DNA of 64,000 nt from an uncultured bacterium (GCA_964654545.1 CAZZIU010000004.1:8156-72155); one strand, 5' to 3'; numbered from the stretch's first letter, positions 18,301 through 27,911 are shown. Translations and numbers: made by a program. The notes: generated by a model not told the origin, from the letters alone.

Positions 18301-19337
18301 ATCTGGGCGTTAAAGATTTTCTGAAGATTGGAGGGTCTGATAATTCTTTGTATGTTAATGGTGGTAATTTAATTCGCATTCGACCAAACGCATCAACCGG
18401 TAGCTATAGAGCAGAGGATACGACAAAAACTAGAGTTTTAGGTAATGATGTTGGTGTTACTACTATAGCAGACCTTGAACAGGTTCAAAATTTTTACGTT
18501 GACGATGAAGATCGTATTTTTTATGTGATGCGAAATAATCCGAATACGGTTCAAGTGGTGACACAGACTCGTGCTCCTGGATCGAGCACTTGGGAAGTGA
18601 GTTCAAATACTGCTGTTCTGTTAGAAGTTGGTGATAGTGGATATCATAAGTTTACTCCTGGTGCAAATCTTGTGTTCTGTGATATGGCAATGGATGATGA
18701 TAAGAATTTGTATGTGGCCAGCGCCTCGCAGTGGGAGAATAGCTATACATCAAACGGGCATGTGTTTAAAATTACACCAAATAAATCTGGAGATTATGCG
18801 GTTGGTTGTGGAACAATATCAGTAATCGCTAATAATATTCCTAGCCCAATTTCAATTGATGTTAATTCAAGGCAACAAGTATTTGTTTCTAGCCATGCTG
18901 CATATGATGGATTTGCATCGAGTGTTGGTGGAGTGTTTATTATCGATAATGGTGATTTGCAACTTATCGCAAACGGATCGTATTATATCGGTACATCTGG
19001 TGCCACAAGCACTACGGCTAATATATATGGCGGGCGTATTTTGGTTGGGCCCAGCTATGTTGGAAATTCAACATCAACCGATTATATATATGATGGATCG
19101 GTATATTGGTCCTCAATGCGTCGGTGGGATTTGCTTGCGCCAAATCATGCGGCGAATACGATTCTTAGGATTACATCAAACACCACTGGAGGATATGCAT
19201 TGACCAATCCTTCAAGCGGAGCAAATGTTCATTTGATAATGTCGGCGCAATTTAGAAACGGGCCCAATGATTTGTATGTAGATTCTGGATGGAGACCAAT
19301 GGGTATTCCTATAGCGTTGAAGAAACAGTGGATATAA
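12345..19337 (+). CDS. giant (2330 aa) baseplate/fibre structural protein (occupies the g7 position)
   Basis: Uninterrupted 6993-nt ORF directly after g6. Recognisable parts: N-terminal PDFVRGDFPTFIKFLESYYEFLE block, a GxGY Ig-like unit (about 13440-13590), a LamG-like module (about 14300-15090), and a propeller-like C-terminal repeat region (about 18090-19000). Confidence 0.6.
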   Translation: MSYKTKTSPLVASQVPDFVRGDFPTFIKFLESYYEFLELSGPPIALDLLVQNPGYLVDRNGFDILTYGTPFQVGELLHQYADSETDIPTGIGTVYDYVISPDGNVITLILNKISGTDSRFVATRSTNDNALLYGQTSGAIAVCSETVYKAPAGAINAMKSLLDYQDIDLTLDDYLSFLKKEYAASFPLELAGTADKVKAIKNLRDFYRSRGTENSFKFLFRIFFDEDVELIYPETKMLRASGRRRDQYPTNYNHWNAPSVLRIDPIGLVGTAESGLSTQTIDPAKLLSRKVFGLVSGATATVESAISSSLAGSDFIQLTLSADRVGQFLYNETIETDDANNPADGTKIAATISGLVHNININNGGSNFKVGDPVTISGGKGGTAKVSVVGSSGEIREVEITQPGIGYTTTPDITAHGIHTKDRFEEGPTETIFYDDFSAYRPVTIRRNNTPVPVIRASTRFYSVDDNRGPDSALPGGYSSNTQITNDTNLVPVPTLELKAHWKMNGWAGKAEEKGLPLLLRSQYPLGYYTVPEDLRVIPNGLTGSALTTVSKVAAAFLGDGSYYPNSTFIQDSTGHGHHAVAANFNMNQLQRLPVDRRVVGTSNDFVSGMANSVTTSNISLSMVSVSSANIARGGTGWPVGDSPTSGANAEFASGSIGLMSHDEIEEDDQQTWAFWYKPTANIQHNATIISRYAYFDIKVWNPDRSGSLSGGFTSPYQSLNAVPGYYWTSAKYANTTTHGRSIGLADLNITSRMAGAANAEPRSVTTLEAALRQNVWHLMAITEDYKNHKGYFRIHYGDDTEPVYRTWDIDVSANASFSNGYQSQGYSNPTGVYAYNVGRTLNPGIDRYANTRPMTASVHLAGLGQSGDKNVQYTPWAMTNFYQSGGAPGLYDEVSYYNRTLANNEIEALFRNPNRYRPISGKWFVSGYSDVSNVTFTRSETEAGKQKLVANTVRLSLIHTDDIAYRDENTIYKMSVRARRVANSPNNPLGYTNSVSVVANVHFGVVGLKSTNTGSAYVSTKGVDRLTYEYGGDASHQFVHQSANLSSDWTIANAYFQGSSATGSHNGLPDGTYFDYGTPASLQTDVAYMRPYMILNEGVYGANSIPLYPQSNGIIGIGATGNVSFVADRKITTGTSPLGTWFYASIGVITGGGAIYDLNEKSWPITKEYSYIPNGFDADSSRFTTTTNATFLMYSSQDPATRFSLSGAWASDPPATENFCMVQWWEDEQTWVALDDDSTGTFMRFIPDRNLGDFLVAQVVRNVDPGPAGARGLWNPPDGAYITTFFNAHNTIDVDYVKIEAASNAELSSSIAGDFAYAGKPVDDTGQLSSTQKLQDSDYYQIYSYAIESGLSLETYKQLLYDLAHPAGTKMFGIVSGITELVDGESVGDSAEMFLSARRTGEVDLGDISDPDVIDTIVSFFVGTDTIGSADRSTTELDHRSYHDYEAVIGPDTHALFEFANTDVTQPTSSDPISTFTSLPSGRATVAIYGTLPPSGIYPGIGIDVNYPTAFPLADEPARTHKALLEVRAGASAVGQGLVMTSNGSGFAWGSNRSVFSIPTSRSSVLLRYGGGNTDGYNNTDYPTSVYDIQAPFDENNEFRTISPQIPGDRARYLQLKMRVLTQNGYSSVGITDNTVFLQFTGHGQEYNGVSFNQLASLVPDFTRNLGINIPTKIYDYKQTESEKPDKDSLDGFCGDWKIVEFDMWYPRVVNPSSPNLWIELTDLPEDHLMAMRKRPQRPGLDLNSTQSFPIVASDVSINSDMNKTQNVASAWRGETFYNDTTQYRLNGIGELNIRICKDRDSIQFADGATQGVVAYEVDWLNASSTEWEESWTNSTLNDQAATPEAAGSDGFVAPYVLYTANTLSLYPAAPAGFNGNGIIYTVTSNTTGSDPQHTTHIAEFANSEFVYATDPPPSLNGPIDIETSPDGTIFVMYAGALGQISSFVYVYAFPASNTASPYLVLKAGRTTTPDVLPWATSASGLVGYLGVKDFLKIGGSDNSLYVNGGNLIRIRPNASTGSYRAEDTTKTRVLGNDVGVTTIADLEQVQNFYVDDEDRIFYVMRNNPNTVQVVTQTRAPGSSTWEVSSNTAVLLEVGDSGYHKFTPGANLVFCDMAMDDDKNLYVASASQWENSYTSNGHVFKITPNKSGDYAVGCGTISVIANNIPSPISIDVNSRQQVFVSSHAAYDGFASSVGGVFIIDNGDLQLIANGSYYIGTSGATSTTANIYGGRILVGPSYVGNSTSTDYIYDGSVYWSSMRRWDLLAPNHAANTILRITSNTTGGYALTNPSSGANVHLIMSAQFRNGPNDLYVDSGWRPMGIPIALKKQWI

Positions 19338-19361
19338 CAAACCATAATTGTATTTTTTTTT

Positions 19362-19369
19362 ACTAAATA
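19362..19369 (+). promoter_or_regulatory. possible late-promoter variant ACTAAATA
   Basis: Intergenic, 32 nt upstream of ATG 19402. The same octamer recurs intergenically at 61667 and 63340. Confidence 0.4.
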
Positions 19370-19401
19370 GTATCGTATTCCAAAACGGAGTTTAATGAAA
19401 A

Positions 19402-21204
19402 ATGCCAGCTATTGTAAGCAATAAACTTAGATTGAGAAATGTTCGAGATTTTGTAAAATCGGTTGATGTGGCAGCATATCCTGGTTTTTCTTCTGATGCA
19501 AATTTTCCATTTCCTACTGCAACCGGTAATTCTCCTGATACGAAATACTCTAACACATCTATATACTTTTTCATAGGAAGAGTTCATCGATGGGATGTGG
19601 CGCCCGATCAAAAGGTAGGTTTTAGTGATAGTAATCCTCCTCCAGTTAAACAAACACATTCTACTATTGAATATGAGCCTTGGAGGTCGATGACATCATT
19701 ACAGAAAATTTCTTCAGGCGATGTTAGTATATTGATTAAGAGAAATGATTGGACTACAAGTGCAGTATATTCGCAATATGATGATCAATCCGAATCGGTA
19801 GTAAATTTGTCGAGTGTAGATAATCCTTATTATGTCTATAATGGTGGATCGGTCTTTATGTGTTTGGATAATGTTGGAGGAAGTTTATCGATAGATGCCC
19901 CAACATATGCTTCTGCTAGTGCAGGGGGTTTGGCCAACTCTTTTGTTACGTCTGATGGCTATAGATGGAAGTTTATGTATCGAATATCTTCAGATGATTC
20001 TGTGCAAAAGTTTATATTTCCGAATTATTTGCCCATTCAATCTTTGAGCAATACTGAAGTAAATGGAACTGCACCTACTGGTTGGAGTGAACTTCAGGAA
20101 GTTATGGCATATGCGAATACCGGTAAGTTGGAAACAATTGTAGTTGAGGCAGGAAAACAAGGATCTGGATATCGAGGTAAGTCTTCTGGAGGTGGTCTTA
20201 CACAAGACTCTATAACGCTTAACTCTCTTACTGCTAGTGCTAGTTTGGGTTTTAGTACAGGCGATTTTAATGGATTGATGATTCGTGTTGCGAATAGTAG
20301 TTTTAGTCATGTTGCTGAAATAACAGATGGTCCTGTGAGTGGGGTTCCAGCGAAAGTTGAATTTTCTCCTGCCATACCAGCTTCAATTGGAGTTGTGGCT
20401 GGTGCGGCTAAGTATTCATTTTCGATAGGGCCTAGAATTGGTATTATTGGGGATGGTGTTGGTGCGGTAGCGTATTCGGATGTAGACAGTCAAGGGCGAA
20501 TAACGAACATAAGAATTGATGATGGGGGCACTGGATATTCTACCGCTAATGTGACGGTTAATAGTACAGCAGGAGGTAGTGCAACCGTTGGTGTTGGTGC
20601 AGTTGCTCGTGCGATTATTCCTCCTTCTGGGGGATATGGAGCCGATCCAGTAAAAGAGCTTGGTGGCTATTATGCAGGATTGACTGCTCAGTTGGTCAAT
20701 AGAGGAACTCAAAACAGTTTGCCGATTGGTTCTTCGTTTAGACAAATTGGTATTGTTAGAAATCCTACAATTAATGCTGGTACATATGTTGCAAATACTG
20801 GTTCTGAGTATAGGCAGATGACAAATTTGATAATCAATACAGCTAGCCCGCCTGTGTGGATTCAGCCAGCCGCAAGAATTAAAGGAACGACCAGTGAGGC
20901 GATTGCTATCGTTGTTGATGTGAATCAAGATCGTGGGCCTGGAATTACAGCAGGAGAATCTAGAGTTCGTGTGACTAATTTGGTGTCTAATAGTACAGGA
21001 GGATTTTTTCATCCTGGTGAAAGTATTACTCAAATTGATTCTACTGGAGCGGCTATTGGAACGACACAAACATTGGCATCAAAGGATCCTGAAACTGTTG
21101 AATTATTACCAAATTCTGGAGAAATTTTATATTTGGAAAACAAAAGGCCAGTGACTCGTATCCTTGATCAGACTCAGAAATATAAGATTGTCATAGAATT
21201 TTAA
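19402..21204 (+). CDS. baseplate structural protein (occupies the g8 position)
   Basis: 600-aa ORF with an ACGGAG SD. It carries an Ig-like GxGY unit (IGIIGDGVGAVAYSDVDSQGRITNIRIDDGGTGYSTANVTV) shared with neighbouring structural proteins. Function is inferred from position. Confidence 0.5.
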   Translation: MPAIVSNKLRLRNVRDFVKSVDVAAYPGFSSDANFPFPTATGNSPDTKYSNTSIYFFIGRVHRWDVAPDQKVGFSDSNPPPVKQTHSTIEYEPWRSMTSLQKISSGDVSILIKRNDWTTSAVYSQYDDQSESVVNLSSVDNPYYVYNGGSVFMCLDNVGGSLSIDAPTYASASAGGLANSFVTSDGYRWKFMYRISSDDSVQKFIFPNYLPIQSLSNTEVNGTAPTGWSELQEVMAYANTGKLETIVVEAGKQGSGYRGKSSGGGLTQDSITLNSLTASASLGFSTGDFNGLMIRVANSSFSHVAEITDGPVSGVPAKVEFSPAIPASIGVVAGAAKYSFSIGPRIGIIGDGVGAVAYSDVDSQGRITNIRIDDGGTGYSTANVTVNSTAGGSATVGVGAVARAIIPPSGGYGADPVKELGGYYAGLTAQLVNRGTQNSLPIGSSFRQIGIVRNPTINAGTYVANTGSEYRQMTNLIINTASPPVWIQPAARIKGTTSEAIAIVVDVNQDRGPGITAGESRVRVTNLVSNSTGGFFHPGESITQIDSTGAAIGTTQTLASKDPETVELLPNSGEILYLENKRPVTRILDQTQKYKIVIEF

Positions 21205-21220
21205 AAAAGGTGTATAACAA

Positions 21221-24200
21221 ATGGCTACAGTAAATACAGCATCCGCTCCATACTATGATAATTTTGATGCAAATAAAAATTATTATAGAATTATGTTTCG
21301 TGGCGGCCGGGCTGTTCAGGCAAGAGAGCTTACTCAGTTACAGACTGCACTTCAACAGCAGATAAAATATCATGGTGATCATATATTTAAGGATGGTTCT
21401 CCTGTATTAAATGGTGAAACTAATATTGTTTTGGATTGCAATTACGTTAGACTTTATGATAATATAGGAATTAATAATGCCACAGGGACAGCCGCAAATG
21501 TTCAAGTAGCATTCGACTCAACCAGTGCCAGTGGAATTGAGGTTCGGGTTGAGAATGGTGTCGCTTTAGACGGAAGGCAGCCACTCGCTAGAGTAATTCA
21601 AGCTGCTGATCGTGATGTTAATGATCCAAAAACATTAATTTTGGCTTATAGTAGTGGCGATCAATTTAAAGCAAATGATGTTATTACCAAAATGGATAAT
21701 ACTATCATTGGGCGTGTTGAGGATTTTTCGACTGATACTACTCCTGCGACAGGAAATTCTTCAATCTTTACGGTATCAGAAGGTGTGTATTATGCTAAGG
21801 GTTATTTCATACACACGACTAAACAGTCAATTATTCTCAGTAAGTATACCAACACTCCTACATATAAAGTGGGATTTTCATACAATGAAAGTATTTCTGA
21901 TGCTGCTGGTGACGCAACATTATATGATAATGCACAGGGAACGTATAACCTAAATGCACCCGGTGCGGATCGGTTAAAAGTTCAATTAGACTTAGAATTG
22001 GCTCCTGGTTCTGACGGTGTTTCTATATCGGAGACGGCTGATGCGAATTTTTATGAGCTTGCTCGTATCGTAAATGGTTCAACTGAACGTGCAATATTTC
22101 AGCCAATATATTCGGAGCTGGGAGACCAATTAGCAAAGAGAACATATGAAGAAAGTGGTGATTATATTGTTGATGAGTTTATTGCTGATGTCGAAGAAAA
22201 TGATCCGTCTGATCCGAATTCTCAATTGAATATTGGTGTTTCTCCTGGAATTGCTTATGTTCGTGGTCATAGAGTAGAAATACCAGATAGAACGATATTG
22301 GCTGTTAATAAGCCTAGAACATCTGCTGACTTTTCTTCGGAGTCTGTTATTAGTTTGGGTAGTTATGTTATTGTTTCTAATGTGACGAATCAGATTTTTC
22401 AGTCTGGTGATTTTCCGATAGTAGATATTCATTTCGCGAATAATTATGGAATTGAATCTGCTGGGGACCCTCTTAAGAGGGCAAATAGTGTTATTGCGAA
22501 TGCAAGGGTTCGTTCTATTATTCCTATTGAATCTGATGCGAGATATCCAAATCATTATAAGGCTTATCTTTCGGATTTTCGTGCAAATGTTATATCGACA
22601 ACGGTTGCGACACCTTCGGGAAGTGGAACTAAATCAACATTCAATGGTGTAAATGATACAGATATTCCTCAGGCGGGCCAGAATAGAGATGAGAGTATTT
22701 TTATTGGTAGTAGGGTAACAGTTACAGATCCCAATAGTCAAGAGTTTGGTAGATCGGCCGAAATTACGGCGAGAACTGGCAGTCCATTTAATTTCACTTT
22801 AGATCCTCCTTTAGTTGGACTTGCTACTGGAGAGTCTGTTGAAATTTCAACAGATATTAAAAAGGCTCGCTCTCTTCGTATTGGAGCTGCTGGTGCTGAT
22901 GATATTATGGCAGATGTTGCAAACGTAGGAAAGGTTGGCCAAGTTTCAACTGGAGATACAATCGTATATCAGGCTTCAAACAAATGTTTAGTGTTTAGTT
23001 TGAATGATAGTGAAGGTATACGAACACTACCCACACTCACATATAGGTCTTCTGGATCAGGAACAACTAGCGGTGGTAGTGCAACTGTGACGTATTCTGC
23101 GGCTTCGGCGGGTTTGGAAAATTTTGATGCGAAAACATTGGATGAGGCTGTTTTTTCAAATAGTATATCTGGAATATTGACGCCCACAAGTAAAACGCTG
23201 ACCGGAAGCGGTAATCCATATTCATTTCAAGTAGTTTTTCCTGAAGCTCCTGGGCCTCATTCCTTTAATTTAACTGGTATAGTATCACAGGGAAGTCCAT
23301 CTTTAGGGCTAAAAACTAAATCATTAGTAACTGGTAATGTTGTTTCAACTGTAATTGGCGCAGCCGAGAATCTAGCAACACTCCGAACTGATGGAAGGGT
23401 TTTGTTTAATCCCCCAAATAAAACGCCAGGAAGAAAAGATAATTTAGGTGTTTCTGATGTGATTAGGATCCGTAAAGTGGTTGATACACTTCAGTCGGGA
23501 GTTGGACCAAATACTTTTCATTTATCTGATTCGACATATGATATTACGTCTCGGTATATGTTAGATACTGGCCAAAGAGATTCTTTATATGACCATGCTT
23601 CGATTACTTTGCGGCCAGGTGCTGTTCCTCCTGTTGGACAGATTGCTGTTATTTTTGACTATTATAGTCATGGTGGTTCTTCCAATGGTTATTTTTCTGT
23701 GCAGTCGTATGATACTGTCAATAATTCGTATACAGGTATAGGTAGTTATACCCGAGACGATGGTGGTGTTATGCAGCTAAGAGATAGCTTGGACTTTCGA
23801 CCAAGGAGAACAGACCTTTTGGCTACTGCAAAGGTTGATTCGTCAAGTCGTACTGATACTTTCTATTTACCGATTACGGGTAAAAATTCTCCGGCTGATC
23901 AGAGCATTGCAAGCTATTCGGGTACCAAATATTTACCAAGACGGGATAATCTTGTTATTGCATACGATGGCACTCTAAGAGTTATTGAGGGTGTGGCACA
24001 CGAAACACCATTGCCTCCTTCGGATGATCCGGACTCGCTAATTTTATATACAATTTCATATCCATCATATGTGTTTAGCCCACGAGATGTCGAATTGGTA
24101 CCACACAATAATCGACGATTTACGATGAAAGATATCGGTGAAATGAAGTCTCGGTTGGATCGGCTTCAATATTATGTAGCATTAAATCAATTAGAAACAG

Positions 24201-25969
24201 AGACTAACGCAAAAACAATTCTGAATAATGATGGAACGATAGAACGATTTAAAAATGGTATATTGACTGATAATTTTGATAGTCTTCAGGTTGCAGATAC
24301 TTTGAGTGGAGACTATAGAGCAGGTGTCGATACAATTGTTGGCATTTTGAGACCTGCTACTAGAAAGAAGTCCTTCAATTTAATATTCTCTGGTGCAGCT
24401 TTGTATGAGCAAAGAACTGGTATACCAGCAGAGAAATTTAGTGATCTTGTTCTTCCTGAATTTGAAGAAGTTGGTTTTATTACACAAGCAATGGCATCTG
24501 AAGCTGTTTCTGTTGTTGATGTAGATGAAACAGTTTACAGAGGATTTATAACATTAAGCCCATCTAGTGATATTTTTATTGACACACAAGTTATGGGAAC
24601 CGAACCTTCTGTCACAACTACAGATGATTTATCGACATATGTGGATACTACAACTGTAGATGATGAGACACTTGCTGGACCTGATTTGTTAGATTCTGCA
24701 TATATCTATAACAACTATGAGGTTCCTAGTCATTTTCAAGGACCAGGAAATGCTGATCAATTTTTTGGGCTAGAACCAACAATTATGTTAAATCTAGGTG
24801 GTACGACTAGTCGTGTAAACCAGAATGGAATAAAAAGTGGATACAGAACGTGGCGTAATGTTCCCCATGAAGTTCCTCTTTCTGAATTTTTGGGATTTCT
24901 TCGCTCTGCTCCCGCTTCTCCTCAGGCATCATCTGGGCATGTTGTTGATACCTCAGTAATTCCTTATATAAGAGAGCAAGGAATTTCTATTCTTGCTAGT
25001 GGTATGAAGTCTAATACAGTGCTTTATTCGTTCTTTGATAGCCGTAAGGTTAATTCGTTTACTGCACGAGCAAATGAAATCACATTTGATGAGTCTGTTT
25101 TATATGATGATGATGTGGCTGTATATGAGTATCTGAAAAATCAAGATACTGATGCAGAAGGTAGATTGATTGCTGCGAGAGGAAATAAGGCATATATTAT
25201 ATCAAGCAATGGTGCATTTAGTGCTGGAAATGAAGTAAATGCGCCATATAATGAAGGAGATCCTCCAAACCTTGTTGGTAATAATACGACAATTACTGTG
25301 CAATCATATCGACATTATTCTGGTCAAGCGCAAGGTGGTAGCCAACTTAATATTACATTAAATTCTGGTTCAAATTATGATGATCTGGCTGCGCTTCAAG
25401 CAAACACAGATGGCGGTATAATTTATATTGTTGCTGGTAAAGGTGTTGGACAAAAGAGGACGATCACTGGTTATGATAACACCACAAAAATTGCAACAGT
25501 TGGTAGTGCATGGTCCGCGAATGGTTATCCAGACACCACTTCATTATATAGTTTAGGAAACCTACGAACTACAAGTGCTGGTGAATTTATGGGAGTGTTC
25601 ATGCTGCCTATGTATCGCGACTGGTCTCCAGAGGCGTCAGATGATGCCTGGTATCGCTTTACGACTGGAATGAAACCTTTAAGATTGATGGATGTATCTG
25701 ACGGAAGATTGGACCGGGCAACAACAATTGCAGATTCATATTTCTTTGCTTCTGGGCAAAGAACTATAATGTCTCCGAGCCCTCAAGGTCCGGTGGACAT
25801 GAACCCGCCATCTGAAACAATACCGGGTGAACCTTTACCTTTTCCCAGCGAAACTTCTGTAGGTACTCCAACCTTTTGGCCGACAGTAGAAACACCAGTT
25901 GGTGTACAAATGCCTCAATTCGGATTGGGAGGATTTGATTGGACCTTTGGTCCGATCTCATTTATCTAG
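21221..25969 (+). CDS. large (1582 aa) virion structural protein
   Basis: The N-terminal block YYRIMFRGGRAVQARELTQLQTALQQQIKYHGDHIFKDGSPVLNGE recalls a conserved phage structural family (DUF4815-like, from memory). It lies in the fibre/baseplate block. Confidence 0.5.
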   Translation: MATVNTASAPYYDNFDANKNYYRIMFRGGRAVQARELTQLQTALQQQIKYHGDHIFKDGSPVLNGETNIVLDCNYVRLYDNIGINNATGTAANVQVAFDSTSASGIEVRVENGVALDGRQPLARVIQAADRDVNDPKTLILAYSSGDQFKANDVITKMDNTIIGRVEDFSTDTTPATGNSSIFTVSEGVYYAKGYFIHTTKQSIILSKYTNTPTYKVGFSYNESISDAAGDATLYDNAQGTYNLNAPGADRLKVQLDLELAPGSDGVSISETADANFYELARIVNGSTERAIFQPIYSELGDQLAKRTYEESGDYIVDEFIADVEENDPSDPNSQLNIGVSPGIAYVRGHRVEIPDRTILAVNKPRTSADFSSESVISLGSYVIVSNVTNQIFQSGDFPIVDIHFANNYGIESAGDPLKRANSVIANARVRSIIPIESDARYPNHYKAYLSDFRANVISTTVATPSGSGTKSTFNGVNDTDIPQAGQNRDESIFIGSRVTVTDPNSQEFGRSAEITARTGSPFNFTLDPPLVGLATGESVEISTDIKKARSLRIGAAGADDIMADVANVGKVGQVSTGDTIVYQASNKCLVFSLNDSEGIRTLPTLTYRSSGSGTTSGGSATVTYSAASAGLENFDAKTLDEAVFSNSISGILTPTSKTLTGSGNPYSFQVVFPEAPGPHSFNLTGIVSQGSPSLGLKTKSLVTGNVVSTVIGAAENLATLRTDGRVLFNPPNKTPGRKDNLGVSDVIRIRKVVDTLQSGVGPNTFHLSDSTYDITSRYMLDTGQRDSLYDHASITLRPGAVPPVGQIAVIFDYYSHGGSSNGYFSVQSYDTVNNSYTGIGSYTRDDGGVMQLRDSLDFRPRRTDLLATAKVDSSSRTDTFYLPITGKNSPADQSIASYSGTKYLPRRDNLVIAYDGTLRVIEGVAHETPLPPSDDPDSLILYTISYPSYVFSPRDVELVPHNNRRFTMKDIGEMKSRLDRLQYYVALNQLETETNAKTILNNDGTIERFKNGILTDNFDSLQVADTLSGDYRAGVDTIVGILRPATRKKSFNLIFSGAALYEQRTGIPAEKFSDLVLPEFEEVGFITQAMASEAVSVVDVDETVYRGFITLSPSSDIFIDTQVMGTEPSVTTTDDLSTYVDTTTVDDETLAGPDLLDSAYIYNNYEVPSHFQGPGNADQFFGLEPTIMLNLGGTTSRVNQNGIKSGYRTWRNVPHEVPLSEFLGFLRSAPASPQASSGHVVDTSVIPYIREQGISILASGMKSNTVLYSFFDSRKVNSFTARANEITFDESVLYDDDVAVYEYLKNQDTDAEGRLIAARGNKAYIISSNGAFSAGNEVNAPYNEGDPPNLVGNNTTITVQSYRHYSGQAQGGSQLNITLNSGSNYDDLAALQANTDGGIIYIVAGKGVGQKRTITGYDNTTKIATVGSAWSANGYPDTTSLYSLGNLRTTSAGEFMGVFMLPMYRDWSPEASDDAWYRFTTGMKPLRLMDVSDGRLDRATTIADSYFFASGQRTIMSPSPQGPVDMNPPSETIPGEPLPFPSETSVGTPTFWPTVETPVGVQMPQFGLGGFDWTFGPISFI

Positions 25970-25995
25970 AGACGATTAGTAATTGGAGATAATAA

Positions 25996-27675
25996 ATGGC
26001 AATAATTAGGACAAATCGCCCGATAGCAGAAACTTTTTATGTTTCTAGTGAGCAGAATCCTCAAGGGGTGTATATATCCAGTGTTGATTTGTGTTTTCAG
26101 AGTATCGAAACTAGCAGGAATCTTCCTGTTGTTGTTGAGATTCGCCCAACCGAAAATGGAATACCTGTAACAAAAAAAATTATCCCTAACGCGCAGTGTA
26201 TTCGATATGGTAGTTTATATTGGAATGGTAGTAGTGGCAGAAGAAAATTTGGAAGAGATATTTATGAGGTCCCCGCAGACAAATTTCCGAATTTTTCAGA
26301 TTCGACTGTATTTTCTCGATTTCCTTTTTCCAATCCTGTTTACTTAACTCCAGGTGAATATGCATTAGTTGTTCGCAGTGGTAGTTCTGAATATGTGACA
26401 TATATTGCTACAATCGGAGAAAATCAGATTGTAGCATCTGGAACAACCGAAACATTAATTACGCAGCAACCTTATGCAGGTAAACTTTTCCGAGCGCAAC
26501 ATCAGAACGGAGGAGCTTGGTTTCCTAGAGATGATCAAGATTTGATGTTTAGATTGAATCGTTGTAGTTTTAATAATGCAGCAGAAACTACTGCATATTT
26601 TCTCCTTAGTAAGAAATTTGGTAATTTTAATGTTGGTGCAGGATCGAATAGAAATCGTCTCACTAAGAATTTTTCATATGATGAATTTTATTTCAGGGCT
26701 GACGATATGACTCCAGGGCGCGGTTCGGGAATTCAATATGAATATAAGGCAAAACCTGTTGGATCGAGTATAGATGCTACATATAAACGATTTGGTAAGA
26801 ATAATAAAACTCAATTAGGATCGCGTCATGAAATTGTGAGTGATGGTGATACTACAGCAGATTTTGCAGTAAAGGCTACTTTGTCGTCGATTAGCGAAAA
26901 AATTGCTCCTGTTTTTGACATTAATAGAGTTGGGATGGTTGCAATTAAGAATGTAGTAAATAATGCCGAACTCAGTAATAATGATTTTGTGATTGTAAGT
27001 GGTGGAGCAGATTATACTGAAGGTGATACGATTAATGTTATTTCTGTAAAGAGCGGAACATTTGGAGCGAATGGTGCGGTTTGGGAAAATGAGACGTTTA
27101 CGGTCAACGCAACAGGCGGGGTAATTACTGGAATTTGGCAGCGGCCAGGATCTACTTCTGGCACTAAATATCTAGATTCGCCTTTAGCCAATGTTGTTAG
27201 TACCTCTGCAACTTCAAGGGCTGATATTCGTATTCACGGAGAAACAAATTCTCATGGTGGTAATGCAAAAGCTAGATATATCTCAAAAACAGTTACATTG
27301 GCCGATGGTTTTGATGCGAATGATATTCGTGTATATTTGAGTGCTCATAAGCCAACTGGTACTGATATTGGCGTATATTATAAGGTCAAAAATAAAGATG
27401 ATGGTGGAAAGATTGAAGATAATGATTGGGTGTTGATGAAACAAAAAACGCCCGAATCAGAAGCATCTGTTTCTGGTGGGCAAAGTTGGATATATAATGA
27501 AATTGAATATGTTCCGTATGGTTCTGAAATTTCAGATAATCCGATATCTTATAAAGATACCTATGATCGAGTTCATTCTTCGTTTTATCAGTTTAAGATT
27601 AAAATTGTTATGATTACTAATAATACAACAATTGTTCCAAAAGTCAAAGACCTAAGAGCAATTGCTTTAGAATAA
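25996..27675 (+). CDS. virion structural protein (559 aa)
   Basis: Long ORF with a GGAG SD. It has an N-terminal ETFYVSSEQNPQGVYISSVDLCFQS...LPVVVEIRPTENGIP block and a GxxY Ig-like unit. Function is inferred from context. Confidence 0.45.
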   Translation: MAIIRTNRPIAETFYVSSEQNPQGVYISSVDLCFQSIETSRNLPVVVEIRPTENGIPVTKKIIPNAQCIRYGSLYWNGSSGRRKFGRDIYEVPADKFPNFSDSTVFSRFPFSNPVYLTPGEYALVVRSGSSEYVTYIATIGENQIVASGTTETLITQQPYAGKLFRAQHQNGGAWFPRDDQDLMFRLNRCSFNNAAETTAYFLLSKKFGNFNVGAGSNRNRLTKNFSYDEFYFRADDMTPGRGSGIQYEYKAKPVGSSIDATYKRFGKNNKTQLGSRHEIVSDGDTTADFAVKATLSSISEKIAPVFDINRVGMVAIKNVVNNAELSNNDFVIVSGGADYTEGDTINVISVKSGTFGANGAVWENETFTVNATGGVITGIWQRPGSTSGTKYLDSPLANVVSTSATSRADIRIHGETNSHGGNAKARYISKTVTLADGFDANDIRVYLSAHKPTGTDIGVYYKVKNKDDGGKIEDNDWVLMKQKTPESEASVSGGQSWIYNEIEYVPYGSEISDNPISYKDTYDRVHSSFYQFKIKIVMITNNTTIVPKVKDLRAIALE

Positions 27676-27676
27676 T

Positions 27677-27904
27677 ATGAGTTACGAGAAAACAGAAAAT
27701 TCAAAATACATTAAAGATAAAACAAGTAATGCATTATTGGCTGTAAATCGAAATGAATTAGAAATCTATAGAAAAAAAGTAAAGCAGCTAAAAGAATCTA
27801 AAAATGCGATAAATAAAATAGAAACCATGGAAGAACAAGTTAATAGTTTGCAGAATGATGTCACTGAGATTAAAGAATTGTTAATCAAATTATTAGAGAG
27901 ATAA
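27677..27904 (+). CDS. small coiled-coil protein (75 aa)
   Basis: The start lies 1 nt after the upstream stop. The sequence is Lys/Glu-rich with heptad character (ELEIYRKKVKQLKESKNAINKIETMEEQVNSLQNDVTEIKELLIKLL). It directly precedes the fibre genes. Confidence 0.4.
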   Translation: MSYEKTENSKYIKDKTSNALLAVNRNELEIYRKKVKQLKESKNAINKIETMEEQVNSLQNDVTEIKELLIKLLER

Positions 27905-27911
27905 TAAGCCA

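Noticed and set aside
20416-21069. 217-aa minus-strand ORF; the same applies to other long antisense ORFs (13292..13603, 22130..22555, 52006..52389, 55455..55829, 58011..58427, 59145..59552, 61685..62065)
   Set aside because: All lie entirely inside stronger plus-strand genes with recognisable homology or motifs. Their translations are Arg/Ser/Ile/Asn-rich with no motifs.
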